64,000 nt of DNA from an uncultured Actinomycetota bacterium (GCA_963728085.1 CAVSIQ010000009.1:23340-87339), one strand, 5' to 3'; numbered from the stretch's first letter, positions 43,130 to 53,203 are shown. A program made the numbers and translations. The notes: a model not told the origin generated them from the sequence alone.

Positions 43130-44539
43130 ATGCCCCCCATCACCCCCCCTCGTCCCCGGCGCGCCCGCACGCGTCTCCGCCTCGCCGCCCGCCTCGGCCT
43201 CCCGGCCGTCGTGGCAGCCCAGACCCTCGCCCTGAGCGCCGTGCTGGCGTCCGCGTCCGCCGCCCCCACGGCCCCGTCCGCCGGCGCCGTGCCCGCCGCC
43301 GCCCCCGCGGCCGTCACCACCGCCGACGGGTCGGACGACTCGTTCACCGTCGTCCAGGCGAACCTGCTCTCCCCCCAGAGCGACGCCGGGTTCCGCGGCG
43401 ACGTGGCCACGGTCTACGCCCAGTCCCCGGACCTGATCACGTTCAACGAGGTCGCCTTCCGCAAGGACGACGCCCTCGCGCCGGCCGGCTACGAGCTGTG
43501 GCGCACCCGGGGCCAGTACACCGGGCCCACGCCGGTGGCCTGGCGCAGCAGCGCCTGGGTCAAGGAGGACCAGGGCACGTTCCAGATCAGCGACTACGCC
43601 CCCCGCCCGCCCGGGCGCAAGACGCAGCTCGGGATGCGCTTCGCCAACTGGGTCACCCTGCGCTCGCGCACCCAGGGCCGGGTGCTGTCCGTCGTCTCGG
43701 CGCACATCGCGCCCCCGGTCGACGGGATGCCGGACCTGCTGAACCCCTCGATGGAGCGCCTCAGCCAGCTCGTCACCACGCTCGGCGAGCGCGGCCCCGT
43801 GGTCGTCGGCGGCGACTTCAACGTCCACACGCGCAGCAAGCGCTACCCCGCCGCGGCCCTCGCCGCGGCCGGCATGCGGTCGACCTACGAGATGACCGGC
43901 GTCAGCTTCCCCACCGGTGACCACAAGGGCGCGACCATCGACTACGTCTTCGTGCGCGGCGACGACCAGGTCGACGTCACCGGCAACCGCCCCGTGGAGC
44001 TCAACTCCGACCACAAGGCCGTCGTCGCCGAGATGTCGTGGTCCGGCGTGCCGCTGGTGCGTCCGCTCGAGGTCCGCAACAGGCCGAACGGCACCACCGC
44101 GCAGCGTCGCGTCGTGGTCGAGACCGTCCTGGGGGCCATCCGCCGGACCACCGCGGGCGAGACCGTGTCGCTGGCCGGCCACGGCACCACGCTGCCCAGC
44201 GTCCGCTCGGCACTGGCCGCCGCCCAGCGACGCGGTGTCGGCGTGCAGGTGGTGACCCGCAGCGTCCGGCTGACCGCGGTCGAGGAGCGGCTGCGTCGCG
44301 CCGCCCAGGGCCGCCCGGGCAGCTGGGTCGCGCAGTGCCTGGACCGCTGCGCCGCGAGCTGGTCGGTCGACCACCTGGCCTCGGTGGTCATGGTCAGCGG
44401 GTCGGACGGCGCCCCGCGCACCGCGGTCGAGGCCTCGCGCCGGCTGCGCACGGCCATGATCACGCGGCCCGCGCGCGCGGTCACGGTGACCGACGCGGCC
44501 AGCCTGTCCGCGCTGCGTGCCCAGTTCAGGCGCCGCTGA
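43130..44539 (+). CDS. Secreted EEP protein with C-terminal PLD-like accessory domain
   Basis: Signal peptide; QANL, FNEV, SAH, GGDFN, IDYVF, SDH; C-terminus 'N.P..L.AIRRT..ALAAAQRRGVGVQVV..C..C' resembles the N-half of 36154. Confidence 0.78.
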   Translation: MPPITPPRPRRARTRLRLAARLGLPAVVAAQTLALSAVLASASAAPTAPSAGAVPAAAPAAVTTADGSDDSFTVVQANLLSPQSDAGFRGDVATVYAQSPDLITFNEVAFRKDDALAPAGYELWRTRGQYTGPTPVAWRSSAWVKEDQGTFQISDYAPRPPGRKTQLGMRFANWVTLRSRTQGRVLSVVSAHIAPPVDGMPDLLNPSMERLSQLVTTLGERGPVVVGGDFNVHTRSKRYPAAALAAAGMRSTYEMTGVSFPTGDHKGATIDYVFVRGDDQVDVTGNRPVELNSDHKAVVAEMSWSGVPLVRPLEVRNRPNGTTAQRRVVVETVLGAIRRTTAGETVSLAGHGTTLPSVRSALAAAQRRGVGVQVVTRSVRLTAVEERLRRAAQGRPGSWVAQCLDRCAASWSVDHLASVVMVSGSDGAPRTAVEASRRLRTAMITRPARAVTVTDAASLSALRAQFRRR

Positions 44540-44583
44540 ACCGGGCAGTAACATCGGCGCTCCGCCCACCAGGAGGAGCAGTC

Positions 44584-45780
44584 ATGGGTCGCCTGTGCCA
44601 CACCGACGGTCTCAGCGAGGACCAGGCCGAGATCATCAAAGCCGTCCGGCAGTTCGTCGACGACAAGATCATCCCGGTCGCCTCCGCGCTCGAGCACGCC
44701 GACGAGTACCCCACCGAGATCGTCGAGGGTCTTCGTGAGCTCGGTGTGTTCGGGCTGATGATCCCCGAGGAGCACGGGGGGCTGGGCGAGTCGCTGCTGA
44801 CCTACGCGCTGTGCGTGGAGGAGATCGCGCGGGGCTGGATGAGCGTCTCGGGCGTCATCAACACCCACTTCATCGTGGCGTGGATGCTGATGCGTCACGG
44901 GACGCCCGCCCAGCAGGCCCACTACCTGCCCCGGATGGCGACCGGTGAGGTCCGCGGGGCGTTCTCGATGTCCGAGCCGGGGCTCGGCTCGGACGTCGCC
45001 GCGGTCTCCACCAAGGCGCGGCGCACCGAGGACGGCTACGAGATCACCGGCCAGAAGATGTGGCTGACCAACGGCGGGTCCTCCTCGCTCGTCGCGGTGC
45101 TGACCAGGACCGACGAGGGCGCCGACTCGGTCTACCGCAACATGACCACCTTCCTGGTCGAGAAGGAGCCCGGCTTCGGCGAGGTGGCGCCCGGCCTCAC
45201 GGTGCCCGGCAAGATCGACAAGATGGGCTACAAGGGCATCGACACCACGGAGATGCTCTTCGACGGCTTCGCGATCTCCGCCGAGGCGGTCCTCGGCGGC
45301 GAGCCGGGCCAGGGCTTCTACCAGATGATGGACGGCGTCGAGGTCGGCCGCGTCAACGTCGCCGCCCGCGCGGTGGGGATCGCGCTGCGCGCCTTCGAGC
45401 TCGGGGTGGCCTACGCCCAGCAGCGCGAGACCTTCGGCAAGCCGATCGCCCAGCACCAGGCGATCCTGTTCCGCCTCGCCGAGATGGCCACCAAGGTCGA
45501 GGCCGCGCACGCGATGATGGTGCGCGCGGCGAGGATGAAGGACTCCGGCCGGCGCAACGACGTCGAGGCGGGCATGGCCAAGCTGCTGGCCAGCGAGTAC
45601 TGCAACGAGGTCGTCGAGGCCTCGTTCCGCATCCACGGCGGCTACGGCTACTCCAAGGAGTACGAGATCGAGCGCCTCTACCGCGAGTCGGCGTTCATGC
45701 TGATCGGGGAGGGGACCTCGGACATCCAGAAGATGATCATCGGCCGCCGGGTGCTGGCCGACTACCGGCTCCAGGGCTGA
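44584..45780 (+). CDS. Acyl-CoA dehydrogenase (resembles actinobacterial methylsuccinyl-CoA dehydrogenase)
   Basis: FSMSEPGLGSD, GQKMWLTNG, RETFGKPI, IHGGYGYSKEY.IERLYR, IGEGTSDIQK. Confidence 0.9.
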   Translation: MGRLCHTDGLSEDQAEIIKAVRQFVDDKIIPVASALEHADEYPTEIVEGLRELGVFGLMIPEEHGGLGESLLTYALCVEEIARGWMSVSGVINTHFIVAWMLMRHGTPAQQAHYLPRMATGEVRGAFSMSEPGLGSDVAAVSTKARRTEDGYEITGQKMWLTNGGSSSLVAVLTRTDEGADSVYRNMTTFLVEKEPGFGEVAPGLTVPGKIDKMGYKGIDTTEMLFDGFAISAEAVLGGEPGQGFYQMMDGVEVGRVNVAARAVGIALRAFELGVAYAQQRETFGKPIAQHQAILFRLAEMATKVEAAHAMMVRAARMKDSGRRNDVEAGMAKLLASEYCNEVVEASFRIHGGYGYSKEYEIERLYRESAFMLIGEGTSDIQKMIIGRRVLADYRLQG

Positions 45781-45793
45781 TTAGATACTCGGC

Positions 45794-46912
45794 GTGAGCA
45801 GTCGGGTCGTCCTGCACGTCGGAGCCATGAAGTCGGGCACCAGCTACCTGCAGTCCCGGCTCTTCGCCAACCGCAGGCGGCTCCTCGACCGCGGCGTGCT
45901 GGTGCCGGGCCGCCGCTGGGCCGACCAGATCCACGCCTACCGCAGCCTGGTGCGCGACGACGGCCTCGCCTGGGAGCGCCAGGCCACCGAGATGCTGTCC
46001 TTCGACGGCACCTCGGTGGTGTCCATGGAGTTCCTGGGCCACCTGCGCCCGCCCGCGGTGGAGCGGGCCGTGGCCACGCTCGCGGACGCCGACGAGCTGA
46101 GGATCATCGTGACCGCACGGGACCTGAACCGGAACCTGCCCGCGATGTGGCAGGAGACCATCCAGAACGGGGAGACCTGGACCTGGCAGGAGTACCTCGC
46201 GGGGGCGGAGACCTGGCGGCCCGAGCACCGCAGGCCCGAGGACGTCACCCCGGCCGGCCGCAACTTCTGGAGCCAGCAGAACCTGTACCGCACCTGCCGC
46301 ACCTGGTCGCGCAAGGCCCGTCCGGGCCGGCTCACCCTGATCACGGTGCCTGCGCCCGGCGCCCCGCGCGACCTGCTCTGGGAGCGGTTCTGCGGGGTCG
46401 TCGGCGTCGACCCGAGCGGTCTGCGCGACCCGCGGGGCGCGAACGAGTCGATCGGGGCCGCCTCGGCGCTGATGCTGCGCCGCCTCAACGAGCTGCTCGA
46501 GGCCGAGGGGCTCTCCCGCAAGGACGGCATCATCCTGCGCAAGCGGCACCTCGCCAAGCAGATCCTGGGTGCGCGCAAGGCCGAGGAGCCGACCATCGGG
46601 CTGCCCGTCGCGCCCTGGGTGGAGCAGCAGAGCCGCGAGGTGCGCAAGCGGCTGAAGAAGCTGCGGATGGACGTCGTCGGCGACCTCGACGAGCTCGACC
46701 CGGTGCCCGTCCCCGGGATCGACCCCGCGACCATCGACGAGGCCGAGGTGACCCGCGCGGCCCTCGCCGGCCTGGCCGGCCTGCTGGCCCAGCAGATCCG
46801 CGGGGAGACGACGAACGGGGTCTCCCCGGACGTGGACCCCGAGGAGGGGGGCGACGACGGTCTCGACGCCGCCGGGGCGGACGGGGCCGACGACGAGGGC
46901 GACGATGACTGA
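45794..46912 (+). CDS. P-loop sulfotransferase-like protein #2 (acidic C-tail)
   Basis: LHVGAMKSGTSYLQ, VSMEFL, TARDLNRNLPAMWQE, NESIG, DVVGDLDEL. Confidence 0.8.
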   Translation: MSSRVVLHVGAMKSGTSYLQSRLFANRRRLLDRGVLVPGRRWADQIHAYRSLVRDDGLAWERQATEMLSFDGTSVVSMEFLGHLRPPAVERAVATLADADELRIIVTARDLNRNLPAMWQETIQNGETWTWQEYLAGAETWRPEHRRPEDVTPAGRNFWSQQNLYRTCRTWSRKARPGRLTLITVPAPGAPRDLLWERFCGVVGVDPSGLRDPRGANESIGAASALMLRRLNELLEAEGLSRKDGIILRKRHLAKQILGARKAEEPTIGLPVAPWVEQQSREVRKRLKKLRMDVVGDLDELDPVPVPGIDPATIDEAEVTRAALAGLAGLLAQQIRGETTNGVSPDVDPEEGGDDGLDAAGADGADDEGDDD

Positions 46913-46920
46913 GGCCGGTC

Positions 46921-48087
46921 GTGGCTAGGCGCACCTTCCTGCACGTCGGCACGCCGAAGTCGGGCACCACGTTCCTGCAGTCGGTGTGGTGGGCCAACCG
47001 GTCCGCGCTGCGCGAGCAGGGCCTGCTCCTGCCCGGCCAGCGGGTGCAGGAGCACTTCTGGGCCTCCTGCGTGGTCCGCGGCCACGAGCCGCTGCTGCGC
47101 ACGATCCCCCCCGAGGGCCACCAGGCCTGGGAACGGGTCCTGGAGCGCACCGCGGGGTGGGACGGCGACGTGCTGATCAGCCACGAGCTGTTCAGCCTCG
47201 CCCCGGCCGAGCGGGCCTCCGCCGCGCTGCGCCGGCTGGAGGCGGCCTCGGAGGAGGTCCACCTGCTGGTGACCGCCCGCGACCTGGTGCGCCAGGTGCC
47301 CGCCGAGTGGCAGCAGCGCACCAAGCACGGCCGCTCGCAGACCTTCGCCGCGTTCGTCGAGGAGATCCGCCGCAGCACCACCATGAACTTCTGGCGGGTC
47401 CAGGACGTCGCCGGGGTGCTCGAGCGCTGGGGCGCGGGCCTGCCTGCCGACCGGGTCCACCTCGTCGTCCTGCCCCCGCCCGGGGGGCCGCGCACCCTCG
47501 TGTGGGACCGGACCTGCGCGCTGCTCGGCGTGGACGGGTCCGCGATGAGCGCGCCTGGGGGCACCGGCAACGAGTCCCTCGGCCTGGTCGAGGTCGAGAC
47601 GCTGCGGCGCCTGTGCGCGGTCCTCGCCGAGGACGGCGTGACGAAGAGCACCGAACGGCTGCTCAAGGACTTCGTCACCGAGCAGGTGCTGCGCGCGGAG
47701 AGCGCCGAGCGGACGGTGCTCACCCCCGAGGCCCACGCCTGGGCGTGCGAGCGCGCCGCGGCGATGGTCGAGGAGGTCGCGGCCCGGGGGGTCGACGTCG
47801 TCGGCGACCTGGCCGACCTGCTGCCCTCGCCGACCCCGCAGACCGGACGCCAGCCCGAGGACGTCACCGACGCCGAGGTCGCCGCCGTGGCCGTCAGGGC
47901 GCTGGGGCGCTTCGTGCGCCACGAGGAGGCCCGCCGCTCCGCGAGGGCCCGGTCCACCGCGACGGCGGCCGGCGCGCGGCGTGCGCGGCGCCTCGCGGGG
48001 CGCGCCACCCGACGCGCCGCGCGGGTCACGGGTCGCGTGAGGCAGGCTGTGGCCCGGACGGTGTCACCGACGAGAGGCGAGCGATGA
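46921..48087 (+). CDS. P-loop sulfotransferase-like protein #3 (basic amphipathic C-tail)
   Basis: LHVGTPKSGTTFLQ, ISHELF, TARDLVRQVPAEWQQ, NESLG, DVVGDLADL. Confidence 0.8.
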   Translation: MARRTFLHVGTPKSGTTFLQSVWWANRSALREQGLLLPGQRVQEHFWASCVVRGHEPLLRTIPPEGHQAWERVLERTAGWDGDVLISHELFSLAPAERASAALRRLEAASEEVHLLVTARDLVRQVPAEWQQRTKHGRSQTFAAFVEEIRRSTTMNFWRVQDVAGVLERWGAGLPADRVHLVVLPPPGGPRTLVWDRTCALLGVDGSAMSAPGGTGNESLGLVEVETLRRLCAVLAEDGVTKSTERLLKDFVTEQVLRAESAERTVLTPEAHAWACERAAAMVEEVAARGVDVVGDLADLLPSPTPQTGRQPEDVTDAEVAAVAVRALGRFVRHEEARRSARARSTATAAGARRARRLAGRATRRAARVTGRVRQAVARTVSPTRGER

Positions 48088-48905
48088 GGTACCTACCCGG
48101 CCCGGTCCGGCGCCGGCTGACGGCCCACGACGAGCGGGTGCGCGCCCAGGGGTTCCGGGCCGGCCAGGGTCAGGGGGGCTCCCGGACGCCCCTGGACTCC
48201 CACCGCTACGTCTTCGTGGTCACCTACGGCCGGTCCGGCTCGACGCTCGTGCAGGGCCTGCTCAACACCCTTCCGCGCACCCTGGTGCGGGGCGAGAACG
48301 GTCTCTACCTGCTGGACCTCTACCGCGCCCTGGCCGTGCTCACCGAGTTCCGCTCGCGCCACGACCAGCACGGCGGCCGCACGCCCGCCTCGGCGTTCTA
48401 CGGCATCGGCAAGGTCAGGCCGGCCTACTTCCACCAGGCGATGAACGACATCGTGCGCCGCTCCGCCCTCGGCGGGGAGCCCCACCGGCGCTACGACGTG
48501 CTCGGGTTCAAGGAGGTGGTCTGGCACCGGGTCGAGCCCGAGGAGACCGCCGGGTTCTTCGACGCCATGGACGCCGCCTTCCCGCGAGCCCGGTACGTGC
48601 TCAACACCCGCGACCCCGACGACGTGGTCGGCTCGGGCTTCTGGAAGCGCACCGAGGAGGAGGAGGCCCGACGCCTGATCGCGCGGGTGGTCGAGATCCA
48701 GGAGCACCTGCGCAGCACCCGCCCCGAGCGGGTCCTCGACGTCCGCTACGCCGACCTGACCAGCGACGACGACACCGTGCGCGACGCCCAGGTCCGCGCG
48801 CTGGGCGAGTTCGTGACCGGCGGTCCGGTCACCGACGACCTGCTCGCGGAGCTGGTCGCCACGCTGTCGAAGGGCCACGGGCCCTTCCCGTTCGCGCGCG
48901 GCTGA
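48084..48905 (+). CDS. Sulfotransferase family protein (canonical PAPS motifs)
   Basis: VVTYGRSGSTL (5'-PSB), GEN, LGFKE, NTRDPDDVVGS (R-x7-S), RYADL. Confidence 0.82.
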   Translation: MRYLPGPVRRRLTAHDERVRAQGFRAGQGQGGSRTPLDSHRYVFVVTYGRSGSTLVQGLLNTLPRTLVRGENGLYLLDLYRALAVLTEFRSRHDQHGGRTPASAFYGIGKVRPAYFHQAMNDIVRRSALGGEPHRRYDVLGFKEVVWHRVEPEETAGFFDAMDAAFPRARYVLNTRDPDDVVGSGFWKRTEEEEARRLIARVVEIQEHLRSTRPERVLDVRYADLTSDDDTVRDAQVRALGEFVTGGPVTDDLLAELVATLSKGHGPFPFARG

Positions 48906-48917
48906 GCCGGGCCCGGC

Positions 48918-49795
48918 TCACAGCGAGCCCTTCAGCCGCGACGGCACCCGGACGACCGGCTCCTCCCGCAGCGCGCGCAGCTGGGAGTTCCCCCCTTCTT
49001 GGTGCGCCACACCTCGCCGTCGGGGGTCTGCTGCACCAGGGAGTCGAGGTCGACGGCGTCCGCGTCGAACTCCGGCGCGGCGGCGAAGTCGACCTCGGCC
49101 ATCCGCTCGGCGAAGATCGTGGGCACCTGGTCGGTCTGCCAGCTGCCGCCACCCCGGCCGTCGGCGAGGTGCAGCGCGTGGCGGTGGTTCGCGGTCGCGG
49201 TCAGGCGCGCGGTGTCGGCGAACTTCAGGTGCAGCATGAACAGCGCCGGGCTCACCCGGTAGGGGCACCGGATGCCGTGCGAGGCCAGGGCCCACCGTGC
49301 GGCACGACGCTTCATCGCCGGCTTGCACATCAGCGAGGCGAAGTAGGCGTAGGAGCGCTGGTCGAGCACCGGGGCCGAGGGGTCCAGGGGCGGCTCGGTG
49401 GCCGCGTCGTGGACGAGGTTCAGCGCCAGCGGGGACACCGCGGGCGTCCCGGTGGTGGCCAGCACGTCCTGCAGCGACCCGGTACGTGCCGGGTCCGGGA
49501 CGATGAACTCGTCGGCGTCGGTGAAGATCACCCAGTCGAAGCGCTCCAGCAGCCCGGCGCCGGCCCGGTTGGCCGCGATCATCCGGTGCCGCTCGAAGCT
49601 CGCCCCGCCGGGGAGCGGGTCGAGGCGGCGCACCTCGGCGTCGATGCCGTCGGTGGAACCGTCGGTGGAGCTGTCGTCGAGGACCACGAGGTGGTCCACG
49701 CCGAGCCGACCGCCGTAGTGGGCCAGCCACAGCGGGAGCATGACGGCCTCGTCACGCACGATCGTCAGGGCGGCGACCGAGGGACGCGAGACCAT
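48918..49795 (-). CDS. GT2-like (Glyco_tranf_2_4 type) glycosyltransferase, frameshift in a G6 run near the C-terminus
   Basis: TIVRDE..LPLW..HY, VLDDSSTDGS, WVIFTDADEF, CKP, HLKF; alternative frame gives ..GNSQLRALREEPVVRVPSRLKGSL. Confidence 0.82.
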
Positions 49796-49882
49796 GGCCG
49801 GACTGTACACGCGCACCGGCCGCGCACCGGGCCGCGCACCGGGTCCTGGCGCGGCGCCGTCAGGAGCCGCGGGGCGGCGCCC

Positions 49883-51085
49883 TCAGGAACCGTCGCGGGG
49901 CCGGCGCAGCCGTCGGCCGGCGGCGCGGCGGGCTCGGCCGGCGAAACGACGGGCCCGCACCGCGACGCGCCGCGGAACCCCCAGGGGCTCGGCGGCAGGG
50001 GGGTCGGCGTCCTGGTGGGAGGCGCGCTCCCGGACCCGACGCAGCTCGCCGCGCAGGGCGTCGATGGTGCGCAGGTCCTCCAGGCGCTGCACGAGAGCGT
50101 CGCCGATCGCGTCGAGCGACCGCTCGAGCAGGTCGGCCTCGTCGACGCGCGGGGGCGTCCAGGGCGAGTCCGGGGCGTCGGGCAGCAGGTCACCGAGGTC
50201 GCCCACGACGTCGTAGCCGGCGGCGGCCAGGGCGTCGACCTGCGCCCGGGAGGCCGCGCGGCACCACTCCTGGTGCTCGGCGGGCAGCGCGAGCCTGGTG
50301 CCCGGGGCGGGCCCGAGCACCTTCTCGGCGAACCAGAACTTCGCCACCCGGGCGTAGCCCGCCCGCGGCTTGGGCAGCCGCTCGCCGAGAGCGCCGTTGA
50401 CGCGGCGCATCAGCTCCGCGCTCTCCACGCTCAACGACGGGTTGCCCTGGGGCGTGGTGGTGTCCACCCGGGCGGGGTCCACGCCGAGCACCGAGCAGAA
50501 CCGGGTGAGCAGCAGGGCGGGGTCGGCGCCCGGGGGCGGCACCGTGACCACGTGGACCCGCTCGGCGGGCAGGTCGAGCGCCTCGCGCCAGCGCCGGGTG
50601 ACCCGGGCGTAGTCCTGGGAGCGCCACAGCCCGTGCCGGGGGTCGTCGCGCACCGCGGCGAGGAAGTGCTCGTAGGTCTGCTCGTAGCGGGTCTTGACCA
50701 GCTGCTGCCACTCCGCGGGCAGCTGACGGGGCCAGTCGCGCACCGTCAGCAGGAGGTGCACCTCCGTGCCGGCGAGGAGGTCACGCACCTGCGCCATGCC
50801 GTGGGGCGTCGAGAAGGCCAGCAGCTCGTGGCTGATCAGCAGGTCCTCCTCGGTGCGGGCGATCTGCTCGCGCAACCGCTCGAGGACCTCGGCGACCTCC
50901 GGGCCGTCGGTGTCGGGGTCGAGGACCTCGCGGGTCAGCAGCGTCAGCTCGAAGTGGTCGCGCAGGCGCAGGGGCAGCAGCAGGCCCTGGCGGCGCAGGT
51001 CCTCCCGCGAGGCCCACAGCACGCTCTGGAGGTAGGTGGTGCCCGTCTTGGGGCTGCCCACGTGCAGGAAGCATCGGCGCGTCAC
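49883..51085 (-). CDS. P-loop sulfotransferase-like protein #4 (coiled-coil + basic C-tail)
   Basis: LHVGSPKTGTTYLQ, ISHELL, TVRDWPRQLPAEWQQ, NPSLS, DVVGDLGDL. Confidence 0.8.
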   Translation of the reverse strand: MTRRCFLHVGSPKTGTTYLQSVLWASREDLRRQGLLLPLRLRDHFELTLLTREVLDPDTDGPEVAEVLERLREQIARTEEDLLISHELLAFSTPHGMAQVRDLLAGTEVHLLLTVRDWPRQLPAEWQQLVKTRYEQTYEHFLAAVRDDPRHGLWRSQDYARVTRRWREALDLPAERVHVVTVPPPGADPALLLTRFCSVLGVDPARVDTTTPQGNPSLSVESAELMRRVNGALGERLPKPRAGYARVAKFWFAEKVLGPAPGTRLALPAEHQEWCRAASRAQVDALAAAGYDVVGDLGDLLPDAPDSPWTPPRVDEADLLERSLDAIGDALVQRLEDLRTIDALRGELRRVRERASHQDADPPAAEPLGVPRRVAVRARRFAGRARRAAGRRLRRPRDGS

Positions 51086-51222
51086 GGGGGTCGATCCTTC
51101 CAGACCCGGGCCCGCCCGCCGCCCTCGCGCGCCGGGCCGCGGTGCGGACGGGCAGGATGACCGCACCCGGGCGCGCGTCCGTGGTCGGCCGGTCCAGGCC
51201 GTGGAGGGGGAGAGGAGCCGCC

Positions 51223-51780
51223 GTGCAGTTCGGTCGCAGCTACGAGGAGTTCGAGGTCGGCGAGACCTACCGGCACTGGCCGGGCAAGACGGTCACCGAG
51301 TACGACGACCACCTGTTCTGCCTGCTCACGATGAACCACCACCCGCTGCACCTCGACGCTCACTACGCGCAGGAGAGCACCCAGTTCGGGCGCAACGTCG
51401 TGGTCGGCAACTACGTGTACTCGCTGCTGCTCGGCATGTCGGTGCCCGACGTGTCCGGCAAGGCGATCGCCAACCTGGAGGTGGAGTCGCTGCGCCACGT
51501 GGCGCCCACCTTCCACGGCGACACGCTCTACGGCCAGACGCTGGTGCTGGACAAGTGGGAGTCCAGGAGCAAGGACGACCGTGGCGTCGTGCACGTGGAG
51601 ACCATCGGGCACAACCAGGACGGCACCGTGGTCTGCGTCTTCCGCCGCAAGGTGATGGTGCCCAAGCAGGCCTACCTCGACGCCCGCGGCGGCGAGCACC
51701 CCGCACGTCCCGCGCCGCGACCGGACAGGAGCTGGCCCGGTCCGCCCGCCGGACCTGCCGACGGTCCCGCCGCCGGCTAG
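51223..51780 (+). CDS. MaoC family dehydratase (resembles actinobacterial mesaconyl-CoA hydratase)
   Basis: QFGRSYEEFEVG..YRHWPGKTVTEYDDHLFCLLTMNHHPLH, P.FHGDT; GAGGAG RBS. Confidence 0.88.
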   Translation: MQFGRSYEEFEVGETYRHWPGKTVTEYDDHLFCLLTMNHHPLHLDAHYAQESTQFGRNVVVGNYVYSLLLGMSVPDVSGKAIANLEVESLRHVAPTFHGDTLYGQTLVLDKWESRSKDDRGVVHVETIGHNQDGTVVCVFRRKVMVPKQAYLDARGGEHPARPAPRPDRSWPGPPAGPADGPAAG

Positions 51781-51789
51781 GGCGCCGCG

Positions 51790-52569
51790 GTGGAGCAGTG
51801 GCAGCAGCGCCGCGAGGTCGTGCTGGGCGTCCTGGCCCTGCTCTTCCTCGGGGCCTACGCGTGGCCGATCCTGGACCCGCGCCTGCCGGGCGCCGGCGCC
51901 GCGGCCTGCACGATCACCCAGGTGGTGGTGTGGGTCGTCTTCGTCGTCGACTACGCCCTGCGCGTCCGCGCGGCGCCGGCCCGGGCCCGCTGGGTGCGGG
52001 CCCACCTCGTCGAGCTGGTGCTGCTGGTGCTTCCGATCCTGCGGCCGCTGCGCCTGCTGGTCCTGCTGACCCTGCTGCGCCAGCTCAACCGCGGCGGCAC
52101 CGCCGGGCTGCGCGGCCAGGTCGGGCTCTACGTCGGCTCGGGCTCGCTGATCGTCGGCCTGGTGGCCGCGCTGGCCGCGCTCGACGTCGAGCGCGGCGCG
52201 CCCGGGGCCACCATCGCCTCCTTCGGCGACGCCGTGTGGTGGGCCTGCGCGACGATGACCACGGTCGGCTACGGCGACGTCTACCCGGTGACCACGACCG
52301 GTCGCCTCGTCGGCGTCGGGCTGATGATCGCCGGGATCGCCCTGCTCGGCACGGTCACGGCGACCGTCGCCTCGTGGCTCGTCGAGGCGGTCGCCGAGGA
52401 GGACGAGGCCGAGCACCGGGCCGAGGAGCGCAGCCGCGAGGCCGCCCGCGACGAGGTCCGCCGCGTCGCGGAGGCGGCCGAGCAGGCGGCCGAGCAGGCG
52501 GCCCGCACCGAGGTCCTCACCGAGCTGCGCGCCCTGCGCGCCGAGGTGGAGCGCCTGCGCGGCCCGTGA
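51790..52569 (+). CDS. Potassium channel family protein
   Basis: S4-like LRPLRLL, pore [18 protein letters not shown]-terminal coiled coil. Confidence 0.9.
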   Translation: MEQWQQRREVVLGVLALLFLGAYAWPILDPRLPGAGAAACTITQVVVWVVFVVDYALRVRAAPARARWVRAHLVELVLLVLPILRPLRLLVLLTLLRQLNRGGTAGLRGQVGLYVGSGSLIVGLVAALAALDVERGAPGATIASFGDAVWWACATMTTVGYGDVYPVTTTGRLVGVGLMIAGIALLGTVTATVASWLVEAVAEEDEAEHRAEERSREAARDEVRRVAEAAEQAAEQAARTEVLTELRALRAEVERLRGP

Positions 52570-52608
52570 GGTTTGCCCGCCCCGATCGCCGGGTGGGAGC
52601 CTGACGCC

Positions 52609-53166
52609 ATGACGACGGTATGGCTGGTCCGGCACGGCGAGACCGAGTGGAGCAGGGACGGGCGGCACACCTCCGACACCGACCTGCCGCTGACCGATCA
52701 GGGCGCCGAGGTGGCACGCTCGCTGGCCCCTCGCCTGGCGGAGCAGTCGTTCGTCCTGGTGCTGAGCAGCCCGCTGCAGCGGGCGACGACCACCGCCGCC
52801 CTGGCCGGCTTCCCCGACGCCGAGCACGAGCCGGACCTGCGCGAGTGGTCCTACGGCGACTACGAGGGCGTCACCACCGAGGAGATCCGCGAGACCGTGC
52901 CGGACTGGTCGGTGTGGACCCACCCCACGCCGGGAGGCGAGAGCGCCCAGGAGGTCACCACGCGCCTCGACCGGCTGGTCGAGCGCCTCGGCACCCTCGA
53001 CGGCGACGCCCTGGTCTTCGCCCACGGCCACTCGCTGCGCGCGCTGACCGCCCGCTGGCTGGGCCTGGAGGTCTCCGAGGGCCGGCTGTTCCACCTCGAC
53101 ACCGCCACCGTCTCGGTGCTGGGCCACGAGCGCGACAACCGGGCCGTGGTGAGCTGGAACTCCTGA
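52609..53166 (+). CDS. Histidine phosphatase family protein
   Basis: LVRHGETEWS, SSPLQRA, EWSYGDYEG, AHGH. Confidence 0.92.
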   Translation: MTTVWLVRHGETEWSRDGRHTSDTDLPLTDQGAEVARSLAPRLAEQSFVLVLSSPLQRATTTAALAGFPDAEHEPDLREWSYGDYEGVTTEEIRETVPDWSVWTHPTPGGESAQEVTTRLDRLVERLGTLDGDALVFAHGHSLRALTARWLGLEVSEGRLFHLDTATVSVLGHERDNRAVVSWNS

Positions 53167-53203
53167 TCCCCCTGATCCCCCTGATCCCCCTGATCCCTCC
53201 TGA
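53162..53203 (+). repeat. 9-bp tandem repeat (CCTGATCCC)x4
   Basis: cctgatccc repeated four times, overlapping the stop codon. Confidence 0.85.

Noticed and set aside
36154-44539. PLD/EEP genes as an anti-phage nuclease defence system
   Set aside because: All carry signal peptides or TM anchors and lie among glycan-modifying genes, with no helicase, DNA methylase or sensor partner.
53162-53203. CRISPR-like array (also considered 61563-61616)
   Set aside because: Units are 9-14 bp with no spacers and there are no cas genes. These are simple tandem repeats.
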